Below, one piece after another: positions 16,656-27,189 of a stretch of 64,000 bases of DNA (its first letter is position 1; each line of letters opens with the position of its first letter). This stretch comes from Octopus sinensis. Its lineage: Eukaryota. Under the pieces are notes generated by a model, which searched no databases, was not told where the DNA came from, and saw nothing but the letters and a program-made list of their open reading frames with translations. Both the position numbers and the translations under genes were made by a program. The stretch covers positions 117,056,001 through 117,120,000 of the forward strand of contig NC_042998.1 of NCBI RefSeq assembly GCF_006345805.1. The letters run 5' to 3'.

Positions 16656-17039
16656 CCTTTCGTTGTTTATAATCTGTCACTGATATTTGGCTACGAAATA
16701 AGCTACACTAAACCTGTTTTGGAATTACGTGTATTTGCTCAATATACACATGTGACTTGAAATTTTTCTTATAACATTTCACTTAAAGTCTGTGTTCCAT
16801 GCTGGCATGGATTAGAGAGTTATTAATGCAGAAAGTTGGTATCTCAGCTACTAGCAGTTGAGACATACGTAATCTCGAAGGCGTTTTGAAATTCTGTTAT
16901 TGTCTTTCACCATGCAACGCTGGGTACTTCTGCTAATACATATATATGTGGGTGATTGTGTATGTATATATATGTATATGAATATATTAATATATATATA
17001 TATACACAAGCACATGTACTTACGCATGCATATATATAT

Positions 17040-17074
<35 letters not shown>

Positions 17075-17127
17075 AATATATATATAAATAGATTATATAT
17101 ATATATACATACATATATATATATATA

Positions 17128-17185
<58 letters not shown>

Positions 17186-17189
17186 TATA

Positions 17190-17225
<36 letters not shown>

Positions 17226-17279
17226 TATGTTAGATCGTTAGCAACTACACACATTTTTCTCTCCTTTTTTTCTCTCCTT

Positions 17280-17323
<44 letters not shown>

Positions 17324-17644
17324 TATATATGCAAGAAAACATTTCCTGTTTTTAAATTCTCCCTGATATTTGCATAAGCGTATTCATAGTAACACATCAA
17401 TATTTGTTTCTTCCCTCCTGTGTGTAAATGTTTACAACAAATGCTGACATCTGAATGTTTTCTTCTCATCTTTGTGTATTTTTAATGCTCCGTTCCATTT
17501 GTTAACACACAAAAGCATTTCACGCGCTTATCTCAAGAGCCATGTTCTCTCTACCAAGGAAACGAAAGGATTGTACGTTCTCAACAGACACGTAGATCCA
17601 CACATATTTATATGCATACATACGTATACATATATATATTTTTT

Positions 17645-18300
17645 CTAGTTTCAGTTCAGAGCTGCAGCCATGCTGATGCACCGCCGTTTTGTGCTACACT
17701 GTTATCACTAAGAGCCTCCTCTAATATGTGGCATTTGGTGAAGAATGAAGTTTGATATAGTGACCCTCATTTGCACCTCTTGCCGTGAGGTAGGTTTATC
17801 TGTGACTCTTGACAGGAAGAGGTACAGCTTTGATTTAAAAACCCTTACATCTACTTTGTGCAAGTCCTCAGACTCTTTGGGAGAATATTAAAATGCTGTG
17901 GGCCCTTGAAACCCAGGTTGTTGCAGTAACTGGTTCTGAAGCGTGATGGCATTGCTGCAATCTTTGGCACTATGCAGTGTCGTCCAGTTCTGGCATTGGT
18001 GTAGCTTTCAATGCCAACATTTGGCACAATTCCTTCCAGGATCTTCCAGATATATGTTACTGCAATCCTCTCCCGTCTTCTCTCCAGGGAGTAGAGTTTT
18101 AACTGTTTCAACCTTTCCCAGTAGCTGAGCTGTTGCAAAGAGACGATCTTCATTGTGAATCTTCTCTGAATTAGTTCAAGGTCCGCTGTTAATTTCACAC
18201 TGTGTGACCATAGCAGTAATCCAGGTGGCTGAGGACGAATGTCCGCAAGAAGATCATCATTGTTTCCTTATCTCTGGTTTTGAATGTTCTTAGGATCCAT
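17645..18300 (-). pseudogene. 3' fragment of CR1/L2-group LINE
   Basis: ORF 17851-18198 with SYWERLKQLKLYSLERRRER; paralogous to 62970-63662; shared 3' tail (ggcggtg..cagcatggc..cagctc..ctgaaact). Confidence 0.85.
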
Positions 18301-18319
18301 CGGTAGCGACTGCACACAC

Positions 18320-18491
18320 ATTCTTCTTTTTACCTTGTTTATCTCCTTGTTTTTTTCTGTGTACCTTTCTGTAGAAGAGCGTAGGCTCGAAACGTAAAAG
18401 ACTTTTTCAATTCCTGAGCATTATACTAATACATCTGTTTGTTTTTACTCCACCTGTCTTCGTCTTTTGTTTTTCTTTTCGTGAACTCTCC

Positions 18492-18497
<6 letters not shown>
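18320..18497 (+). mobile_element. PLE terminal-repeat (pLTR) fragment with minimal hammerhead-like motif
   Basis: cttt-ctgtaga-a-gagc[gtag]gctc-gaaa-cgta-aaag; second copy at 58095-58245. Confidence 0.6.
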
Positions 18498-18526
<29 letters not shown>

Positions 18527-18527
<1 letters not shown>

Positions 18528-18750
18528 TAAGTAATTAAGGGTTTAGCAAAGATTTGCCTCACAACACACCGAGCTTAGAAATAGCAGTCAAAGAGTTCTG
18601 GCTATTCTTTCTACTTAAAAGGGAGATCTCAGTAAAACCACACCACTTAAAAGGCAACGCAGGCCAAAAGAGAAATAACTGACGACAATCATTCTATATT
18701 AAGTCACCTACGGACGTACGTTTCGAAATTCGTACGTTTCGATTTCACCC
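18527..18750 (-). mobile_element. PLE pLTR fragment
   Basis: Reverse complement matches 38450-38640; minus strand carries GAAA-CGTACG-TC (3' half of a hammerhead). Confidence 0.5.
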
Positions 18751-19199
18751 TATATTATTACTGATATATATATATATATATATTATATATATTATATATA
18801 TATATTATATATAGAAGAGGAGAAGAAAAAAATACAAACACCACCGCTAACCACAGACCCAAAAAAGAAACGAAAATTATAAACCTCTCCAGCAAAACAC
18901 TGACACCAACCAAATCAACATCCTAGCAAAGAGGTTTGAAATTACACCCCCCCAAGAACACCAATGATGACTTTTCTGAATTCTGCAGAAAACTTCGTTT
19001 AACAGAAGCTGTGACAGATCTCAACAATGGGGACGATTCATTGAAAGAAATAAAAGCAACTTCCTAACATCAAAAGGAAGAAATAAGCACTGGACGATTT
19101 TTGCAAACACATCCAGATTCTCCCCTTTACCCCAGGCAAAACTAAGGTAAAATCCAATTTCTGTAGGGAAGAATGGAAAAACCTACGTGACCTACAACT

Positions 19200-20290
19200 A
19201 GACAAAAACCTTACCATCAAAGAAGACGATAAAGGGAGCGCTGTGGTCCTTATGGACACGGAGTTTTATAAACACATAGTGCTTCCCATGCTAAACAAGA
19301 ACACTTTCTATGAGGTTATTAACAACTATAAACAACAAGAAACAATCAAAAACCTCACCACACTCATACTCCAACACGGTCAGGGACTCAAAGGAAAAGA
19401 AAGGGATTATATCACCATTTTCAAATGCAAGCCCAGCCTTTTTTATTGCCTTCCTAAAATCCATAAAAACAAATACATCACCGAAGCCTGCAAACTCTCC
19501 TCTGACATCCAGGACCTAAACCTAAGGCCCATCGTGTCTGGCACCTCCTGTGAAACACACCGCCTGAGTAATTTCCTAGACATCCTTTTGAAATCTTTCC
19601 TTACCCACATCAAAAGTTTCATTAGGGATGATCTTGACATGCTCAAACACCTCCCGAAAACAGTTAACGTGGAGGCGCTCCTGGTATCCTTTGATGCCAT
19701 CAACCTCTACACCAACATCCCACATGAATATGGTATTGAGGCAATTGATTTCTGGCTAGAAAAAAACACCAGAGACATTCCCTGACCGAATTCACAAGAC
19801 CTTTATTACGGAATCACTCAAGTTCATTCTGACAAACAATTACCTCCTCTTCGACAACACACACTACCGTCAAAAATGTGGTATTGCGATGGGTACCAAG
19901 GCTGCACCAGTCCATGCGAACCTCATAATGGGTTTCTTCGAACTATCACTCTATGAGATATCACGCCAGAAATTTGGACATGTTTTCCACACCTACCTAA
20001 TGGAAAACTGGAAAAGGTATTTGGATGATTGTTTCATCATATGGAAAGAACCTTATGAAAAACTCCTGGAATTCAAAACCATACTAAACAACATACATCC
20101 CAACATCCAATTCACTACGGAATCAAGCAAACATCATCTCCCTTTCCTTGATCTCCTAATTATAAAAACACCTAAGAACAAATCATAACAGACATCTACC
20201 AAAAACCTACAGACTCACAACAATACTCCTCTTTAGTTCATGCCACCCAAAACACACCAAGACAAATATCCCTTTCAACTTAGCTAAAAG
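19200..20290 (+). pseudogene. PLE reverse transcriptase (disrupted)
   Basis: ORFs 19243-19785 and 19889-20188 with YLDD and GxAMG motifs, separated by a frameshift. Confidence 0.9.
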
Positions 20291-20626
20291 GGTATGCACA
20301 TTGTCTCGGATCCAAAAACTCGAGAAATACGCCTTCAAGACCTCAAAAAAACACTATACATGCCAATATCCCTCCACCCTATAGAGCATGAAATAAAACG
20401 CGCCAAAGAACTTGACAACATTACACTAAAACCACCCAACCTAATACCACACACAACCCCAAAATACTTCCATACATTTCCACCTACAACCCCAAAAATA
20501 TCGAAGCATACACCACAATCATGCAAAACCTGAGTCTACTGTCAACAGACCCCAAAATGAAAAACATTATAAATACACACAAAATCCTCAAATGTAAAAG
20601 GCAACACAAATCTTTAAAAAAAACTC

Positions 20627-21065
20627 TTGACAAATGCCAAACTTCACACACCACATCCACCCCCAGCAGTTAAAAAATGTTTACGCCCAAACTGTTGTAC
20701 CTGCCCCTTCCTACTTGAAGGCTCTGAATTTATCTTCAAACAAGGAACGAAGTTTAAAATCAAGACTAACTTCTCATGTTCCTCCGAGAACCTTATCTAC
20801 GTTCTCACATGCGCTGGTTGTCAACATAATTATGTTGGACAAACGAGCCTCCCTTACGTAAACGAGTAGCGGTGCATAAAGAACAAATAAATCTCCCGGA
20901 ATACCGGCAATCCACTGAGTGACCACATAGACTCATGCGCTAAGGACAAAAATCCCAAATTCTACATATTCCCCTTCTACCAATGTAAAGACGGGATCAC
21001 GACACAGGAGAGAATTAACAAGGAGAATCTCTTTATTTAAAAATTCAAAACGCATCTTAATATGC
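20627..21065 (+). pseudogene. PLE GIY-YIG endonuclease (disrupted)
   Basis: CLRPNCCTC linker, NLIY...YVGQT, R..HK, HIDSC, KENLFI. Confidence 0.88.
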
Positions 21066-21752
21066 AAACTCCTCGTTGATCATACTCTTTTTTCTACCTC
21101 ATTCTTCATGGATGGACTAACACAAATAAATAAGGATACCATGCAGTCATCACTTCAAGCTAAAACTTATATTCTTTAAATATCAATATTATTATTGTTG
21201 TTATTATTACTATCATTTTTATTATATATGACATAACAATCTGAAATGTAATTATAAATTGGTTTATGCAAATTTATATAATTAGAAAATAATATAAATA
21301 AAGCGTTAAAATCTGAATGTTAAGTTAGCAAACAATTATATAAAAAAGATAATGCAAATGAAACTAAAATGATAATTTTATAATTTAAGGTTTATTAACA
21401 CCCTTTATTACAAAAAATTGATAAACACAAATTGAAGAGCTTAAAACTCATAGAGTTGTCTCTCTTTATTCACAACACAGGAACTGGACTACTACTACTA
21501 CTTCCTGTTTTGCCATCCACTTAAGAAGCACCCTTAATTAAATTAAACAACACATGGATTTAATCCCATTGGATCTCAATACTTCAAGGTAAATTTTTCG
21601 TGAACAATCATTAAACTCAAGATACACAAAGACCTTACAATGTATCGGAGTACCTATTTTTTAATTTCTGTATATATTTATTATTATTTTTTTGCAAAAA
21701 ACAATGTAAATTTCTTTTTCCCCCTCCTCACATTAAAACATTTTTTTTTTAC

Positions 21753-21793
21753 AATTCTTGAAAAGTCACATATGACGAAAACCGGTTTGAATT
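21753..21793 (+). ncRNA. Minimal type I hammerhead ribozyme candidate, U3-A8 core variant
   Basis: AAUUC-UUGAAAA-GUCA[caua]UGAC-GAAA-A[CCGG]U-U-U-GAAUU; all stems pair. Confidence 0.7.
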
Positions 21794-21794
21794 A

Positions 21795-21838
<44 letters not shown>

Positions 21839-21932
21839 TTATCAATTTTTCAAAAACTTTTTCATACAACACCCATTTTCATTAAAATTTTCTTTCAATT
21901 TAGCATCCTGCCTTTTTACAATTTTTCCTTGC

Positions 21933-21964
<32 letters not shown>

Positions 21965-22549
21965 GTAGGCGCAGGAGTGGCTGTGTAGTAAGTATCTCGC
22001 TTACTTCCAGCTGAGTATGAATCGTTTGTTGTCAGTGTGCGCATGCGATGTTGTGTTGTTCGTACCATTGAATGAGACTGCCGGCTAGCCGGTGAAAAAG
22101 TAGCCCAACTTTATAGTAAGGCTCTGTGTTTTCTGGGTCCATTGGGGGTTTGTTGCTTGTGGTAATACTTTTTACAAACGAGGAGTCCTGACTGGATTCT
22201 GGACTCTAGGCTGCTTTCAGTTGGGATAAGACTTTTCACATTAAGTGAACATTTTTTTTTATCATTGTGAGAATTGTTGATTGGTGGGTGTTTCTCGACG
22301 CCAAGATTTGGGAAAATGTTATAAATTCGTGGAGGATTTTCTGTGTACATGCTTCTGAACCTGGAGTACCTGATCCGAGTACCAATTTATGGAAAACCTG
22401 TCTGCCAGGATTACCAAAGTCCGGAAGTGTATTTGCCGTTATTTGAACTGTCTTCCTCCCTTCTTTTTCTCTTCGCTGTCTTTCTGCTCTTTTGTTTATA
22501 TTTGACTGCTTTAGACAGTTTTGAACTGTTAATTTCTTTTTCTGTAAAT

Positions 22550-23792
22550 ATGGCAAAAAAGACTGCTTTCGATTGGGAAATTGTGCCTCCAAGGCAGTGG
22601 TTGAAAAATCTCAATGAGAGAAGCGTGGTGCTAAGAACATATTGTAAGTCTCTCAACACCATTACGGTATACCCTCGAATTGAGATAGTGAAAGAGTTGG
22701 CAGAATATCTGCCAACTATTAAGTTTATTGCAAGGGGTGTCAAATATGCAACGGTGTGGTTGCTTTTTGACACCCTAGAGGAGGCTCGCAATGTTGAGAG
22801 CCAGCAGTTAGAAGGGCAAAAAATTCTGTTTCTTCCTACATATGGTGGGAAGAAATTAACAGGAGCTTGGGTTTGTGGGCTGCCACCCGGAATAAAACCC
22901 GTGCGGATAGAAGACGCTATCCGCCGGCGTCTGGGTGGCGGCGGAGCCAAGCTTTTCAATGATAAAGTGTTGCCTGCGGCTGATTGGGTGGGGTCGAAAG
23001 CAGTTTTTACCCTGTGGACCCAATCAACCATTGATCTGGTTTTTCCAGATTTTTTGAGGATAGCCGGTTCAAGATATCCGTTACTTGTGGAGAGATGCCT
23101 CCCCCAAGTGTCACCTGTGCGTGGAACCAAACCACAGTAAGAAAAACTACCCCCAGGATGAACGTAAGGTCCTGAAGTAGTTAATAAAATTAGTCCCCCG
23201 TTCCCTCATTGGAGGGGACGGTGGAGGCAGTCGAGGAGGTGGAGGCATCCTCAAACAAAAAGACAAAAGAAGGAAGGTGGGCAACGATGGTTGCCCACCG
23301 AACGACCCTAAAGCTGTGGGATGGGAGGAAGATCCTCCGGATAAAGCGGAGTTACCACACCCTCCCGGAGCAAAGGAGAGAAAAAAATAAAAAGAACAAG
23401 ACATTGCCGGCGGTTGATGGTACACTGCCGGCGGTTGATGGTACACTGCCGGCGGTTGATGGTACACTGCCGGCATGCCCTGAAACTTTGTCGGTGGGAA
23501 GTGTGCCACCGACAGAGGAAACTGTGGACCCTCCCAGTGCGACGAGAGATGTTGTTTTTTAATCTTCTTCCATAGGGGAGGAGAAATACAGAGCTTCTTA
23601 AGGAAGCTAGAGGGCCAGATGGAGGAGCACATGGCCTGGACTGAAGACCTGGATTGGCCTCCACAGGTGACTATGGAGGTGAGATCGGAAGTCGATATAT
23701 TCTGAATATTGGACCCCTTCCCGAAGGAACAGTTGAGGTTCACTTTCTGGGGCCCCAACCTGGAGCTGGGGGATTGCCAACGGGAGGCATGA
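22550..23792 (+). pseudogene. L1/Tx1-type ORF1 (gag-like) protein, frameshifted
   Basis: ATG at 22550 (MAKKTAFDW...; open to 23140). A shifted frame reads KCHLCVEPNHSKKNYP (CCHC with last C to Y), followed by a low-complexity C-terminus (ORF 23209-23562 and beyond). Confidence 0.6.
23401..23474 (+). repeat. 21-bp tandem repeat x3.5 (encodes TLPAVDG)
   Basis: acactgccggcggttgatggt repeated. Confidence 0.95.
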
Positions 23793-24139
23793 GCCTGGTC
23801 GGGGAGGGAGGATAAAGATGCTTTAGTGCATAAATGTTTATTGTATATCATCGTGTGTAAGAGGCTCAGCGCCTCAACTTGTACGGATAATGAAGTACTG
23901 TAATTGTAAGAACTGATGTAATGGGTTTAATACCTCGTTTAATTTTCCTTTGTAAACAAAAAATGTTTTGGAGAAGCAAAAATCGGCGGGCGCTTTTTGT
24001 CTTCTCTCATTAATATCATCCTTTTCCATCATTCCTCTAATCAATGTTTTGTATTATGCCTGTATGGCAAATTTTGAAATAAAGTAGCTTGCTTACTAAC
24101 CACATGTTTCTGGGTTCAGTCCCATTGCTTGGCACTTAT

Positions 24140-24440
24140 TAGACTGCTGCCATGCTGGGGCACTACCTTCAGTGGAAAACATCGAGCCTAGGACGTATTC
24201 CTTATAAGCTCAGTACTTATTCTATCAGTCTGTTTTGCCGAACGGGTAGTTTACGGTGACGTAACTACACTAAACTTGGTTGTCAAGCGATAGAGGCGGA
24301 ACAAACATACACACACGCAGAAATATATATATATATATATATGTATTTATGTACATATATAGTGTGCTATGCAATGGGACTGAACATGTTACCATGTGAT
24401 TGGAGAGCAATCTTTTTACCACGTTGCCATTTCTGCACCT
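24140..24440 (-). mobile_element. Family B SINE
   Basis: gccatgctggggcact tail, cagtacttattctatc, and head gggactgaac...accatgtgattgg in reverse. Confidence 0.7.
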
Positions 24441-24447
24441 ATGTATG

Positions 24448-24722
<275 letters not shown>

Positions 24723-24735
24723 GTGTATATATATG

Positions 24736-24943
24736 TTTCTTTATTACCCACAAGGGGCTAAACATAGAGGGAACAAACAGGGACAGAGAAACGAATTAAG
24801 TCGATAACATCGACCCCAGTGCGTAACAGGTACTTTATTTATCGACCCCGAAATAATGAAAGTCAAAGTCGACCTCGGCGGAATTTGAATTCACAACGTA
24901 ACGGCAGACGAAATACCGCTAGGCATTTCGCACAGCTGCTAAC
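24736..24943 (-). mobile_element. Family A SINE, head truncated by the 779-bp tandem
   Basis: Reverse complement matches 33635-33845. Confidence 0.88.
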
Positions 24944-26660
24944 GGAGCAATCTCAAGATTAATCAGCCGAAATTGCTAAGATGATCTGGTTCTTGACTGA
25001 TGACTGAGGGCTTCGAATGTCCCGTCCTGTGGTTCTTGTGTCGTCTCTGTGGTGTTTCATGTTCTTGTCCATGTCTGTAATCATTTTTACTGTTTACCTA
25101 TATAATCGGCGGCTACGTATCCACAATTGTCCTTATACGATAAGTATATTTTTTTCTCTAGCATTGATACGACTCTTAATCTGTCTCTTTTTCTCTCTCT
25201 CTCTCCTCCCTTATTCCACTTCCTTTCTTTCCCTCTCCATCCGTCTCTCCCCCCCCTTCTACGTTTCTCTATCTCTCTCACCTCCAGCCCCCTCGATCTG
25301 TCTCTTTCTTCTCCTCCCTCGTCCACCTTCTCTCTCTTTTCATCTGTCCCTTTCTCCTGTCTTTTGTTCTCACGTGACAGCTAGCCTCTGTTGAGCGCTC
25401 TTTTCGTTTTCAGCAGCCGCAGAAGCAACACGTATTTGTTCGTCTCCCCGTGGCCTTTAGGCACAACTTCACAAGCCAGCCCCATACTCAAATCGTCCTG
25501 TCGAAAGACCCTTGTCCTACGTCCTGGTTTTGTTTTGTTGTTTAATTTTTATTTTTACCGTTATTGTTTTTACGTTTTTGTATTCTTATTGGTGTCACGT
25601 ATTCTGTATTTTTGTTTGTGTACTTCGATCGTTTTCCGTCCTTTCGTTGTATACATTCGAAGCTTTCTTCCAGGGGATCTAATGCGCTTGGCTTAGATTT
25701 CCCTTGGCGGGCTGGCCATATCGGAGCAATCTCAAGATTAATCAGCCGAAATTGCTAAGATGATCTGGTTCTTGACTGATGACTGAGGGCTTCGAATGTC
25801 CCGTCCTGTGGTTCTTGTGTCGTCTCTGTGGTGTTTCATGTTCTTGTCCATGTCTGTAATCATTTTTACTGTTTACCTATAGAATCGGCGGCTACGTATC
25901 CACAATTGTCCTTATACGATAAGTATATTTTTTTCTCTAGCATTGATACGACTCTTAATCTGTCTCTTTTTCTCTCTCTCTCTCCTCCCTTATTCCACTT
26001 CCTTTCTTTCCCTCTCCATCCGTCTCTCCCCCCCCTTCTACGTTTCTCTATCTCTCTCACCTCCAGCCCCCTCGATCTGTCTCTTTCTTCTCCTCCCTCG
26101 TCCACCTTCTCTCTCTTTTCATCTGTCCCTTTCTCCTGTCTTTTGTTCTCACGTGACAGCTAGCCTCTGTTGAGCGCTCTTTTCGTTTTCAGCAGCCGCA
26201 GAAGCAACACGTATTTGTTCGTCTCCCCGTGGCCTTTAGGCACAACTTCACAAGCCAGCCCCATACTCAAATCGTCCTGTCGAAAGACCCTTGTCCTACG
26301 TCCTGGTTTTGTTTTGTTGTTTAATTTTTATTTTTACCGTTATTGTTTTTACGTTTTTGTATTCTTATTGGTGTCACGTATTCTGTATTTTTGTTTGTGT
26401 ACTTCGATCGTTTTCCGTCCTTTCGTTGTATACATTCGAAGCTTTCTTCCAGGGGATCTAATGCGCTTGGCTTAGATTTCCCTTGGCGGGCTGGCCATAT
26501 CGGAGCAATCTCAAGATTAATCAGCCGAAATTGCTAAGATGATCTGGTTCTTGACTGATGACTGAGGGCTTCGAATGTCCCGTCCTGTGGTTCTTGTGTC
26601 GTCTCTGTGGTGTTTCATGTTCTTGTCCATGTCTGTAATCATTTTTACTGTTTACCTATA
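24943..26660. repeat. Tandem array of a 779-bp unit (2.2 copies)
   Basis: cggagcaatctcaagattaatcagcc begins at 24943, 25722 and 26501; ORF-track duplicates are offset by 779. Confidence 0.95.
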
Positions 26661-26685
26661 TATATAATATATTATATATATATTA

Positions 26686-26728
<43 letters not shown>

Positions 26729-26811
26729 ATATATATAATATATATATATAATATATATATATATATTATATATATATATACACACACACAGACACACACA
26801 CACATATGTAT

Positions 26812-27020
26812 GTGTGTCTTTGCGTCTGCGCTTGCTGCTCAATCACCCCTTGACAACTGGTTTTGTTCTATTTACGTCCCCGTCACTTAGCGGTTCGGCA
26901 TAAGAAACGATAAGATTTTAGAAAATGTCGTGGGCTCAATATGTTTGACTAAAACCATTGAAAGCGGTAATCCAGCATGGCCGCTGACAAATGACTGAAA
27001 CAAATAAAAGAAATATAAGA
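26812..27020 (+). mobile_element. Family B SINE (3' half)
   Basis: ttgacaactgg...cttagcggttcggca...ccagcatggccgc...atgactgaaacaaataaaag. Confidence 0.75.
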
Positions 27021-27080
27021 ATACATGTGCGTGTATTTGTGTGTGTGCGTGTGTGTGTGTGTGTTTGTGCTTTTGTGTGT

Positions 27081-27124
<44 letters not shown>

Positions 27125-27189
27125 GAAAAAGTGTTAACTATCATTGAAAATAAATAATAAATGCAGCTAATTCACGTTCACTTCACTAC

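Larger units (their letters stand above)
18812..21930 (+). mobile_element. Penelope-like retrotransposon, near full length, frameshifted
   Basis: RT fragments (DKGSAVV, LPKIHK, LRPIVS, SFDAINLYTNIP, MGTKAAPVHANL, RYLDDCF), GIY-YIG region (NLIYVLTCAGCQHNYVGQT) and a hammerhead motif in the 3' repeat. Confidence 0.92.
22006..24081 (+). mobile_element. ORF1-only non-autonomous L1/Tx1-like retroelement (HAL1-like)
   Basis: Flanked by a 16-bp TSD (21990-22005 / 24082-24097, 2 mismatches); one frameshifted gag-like ORF with a degenerate CCHC; ends in AATAAA; no RT or endonuclease. Confidence 0.65.
21968..24140 (+). mobile_element. Family B (CORE-like) SINE split by a 2.1-kb insertion
   Basis: ggcgcaggagtggctgtgtagtaagtatctcgcttact at 21968-22005 resumes at 24082 as aagtagcttgcttactaaccacatgtttctgggttcagtccc. 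Confidence 0.85.

Noticed and set aside
22343-23140. 265-aa ORF as a host gene or processed pseudogene
   Set aside because: It lies within a TSD-bounded insertion and continues by frameshift into a CCHC knuckle typical of LINE ORF1; a retrocopied host gene is less likely but not formally excluded.
22411-23851. Minus-strand ORFs of 239 and 234 aa
   Set aside because: Antisense to the gag-like ORF1 in GC-richer sequence; no motifs.
25017-26537. Duplicated ORFs in the 779-bp unit
   Set aside because: CT-rich low-complexity translations; duplicated only because the DNA is duplicated.
24943-26660. CRISPR-like or canonical hammerhead array
   Set aside because: No repeat-spacer structure, and CTGATGA and GAAA do not assemble into canonical stems by eye.
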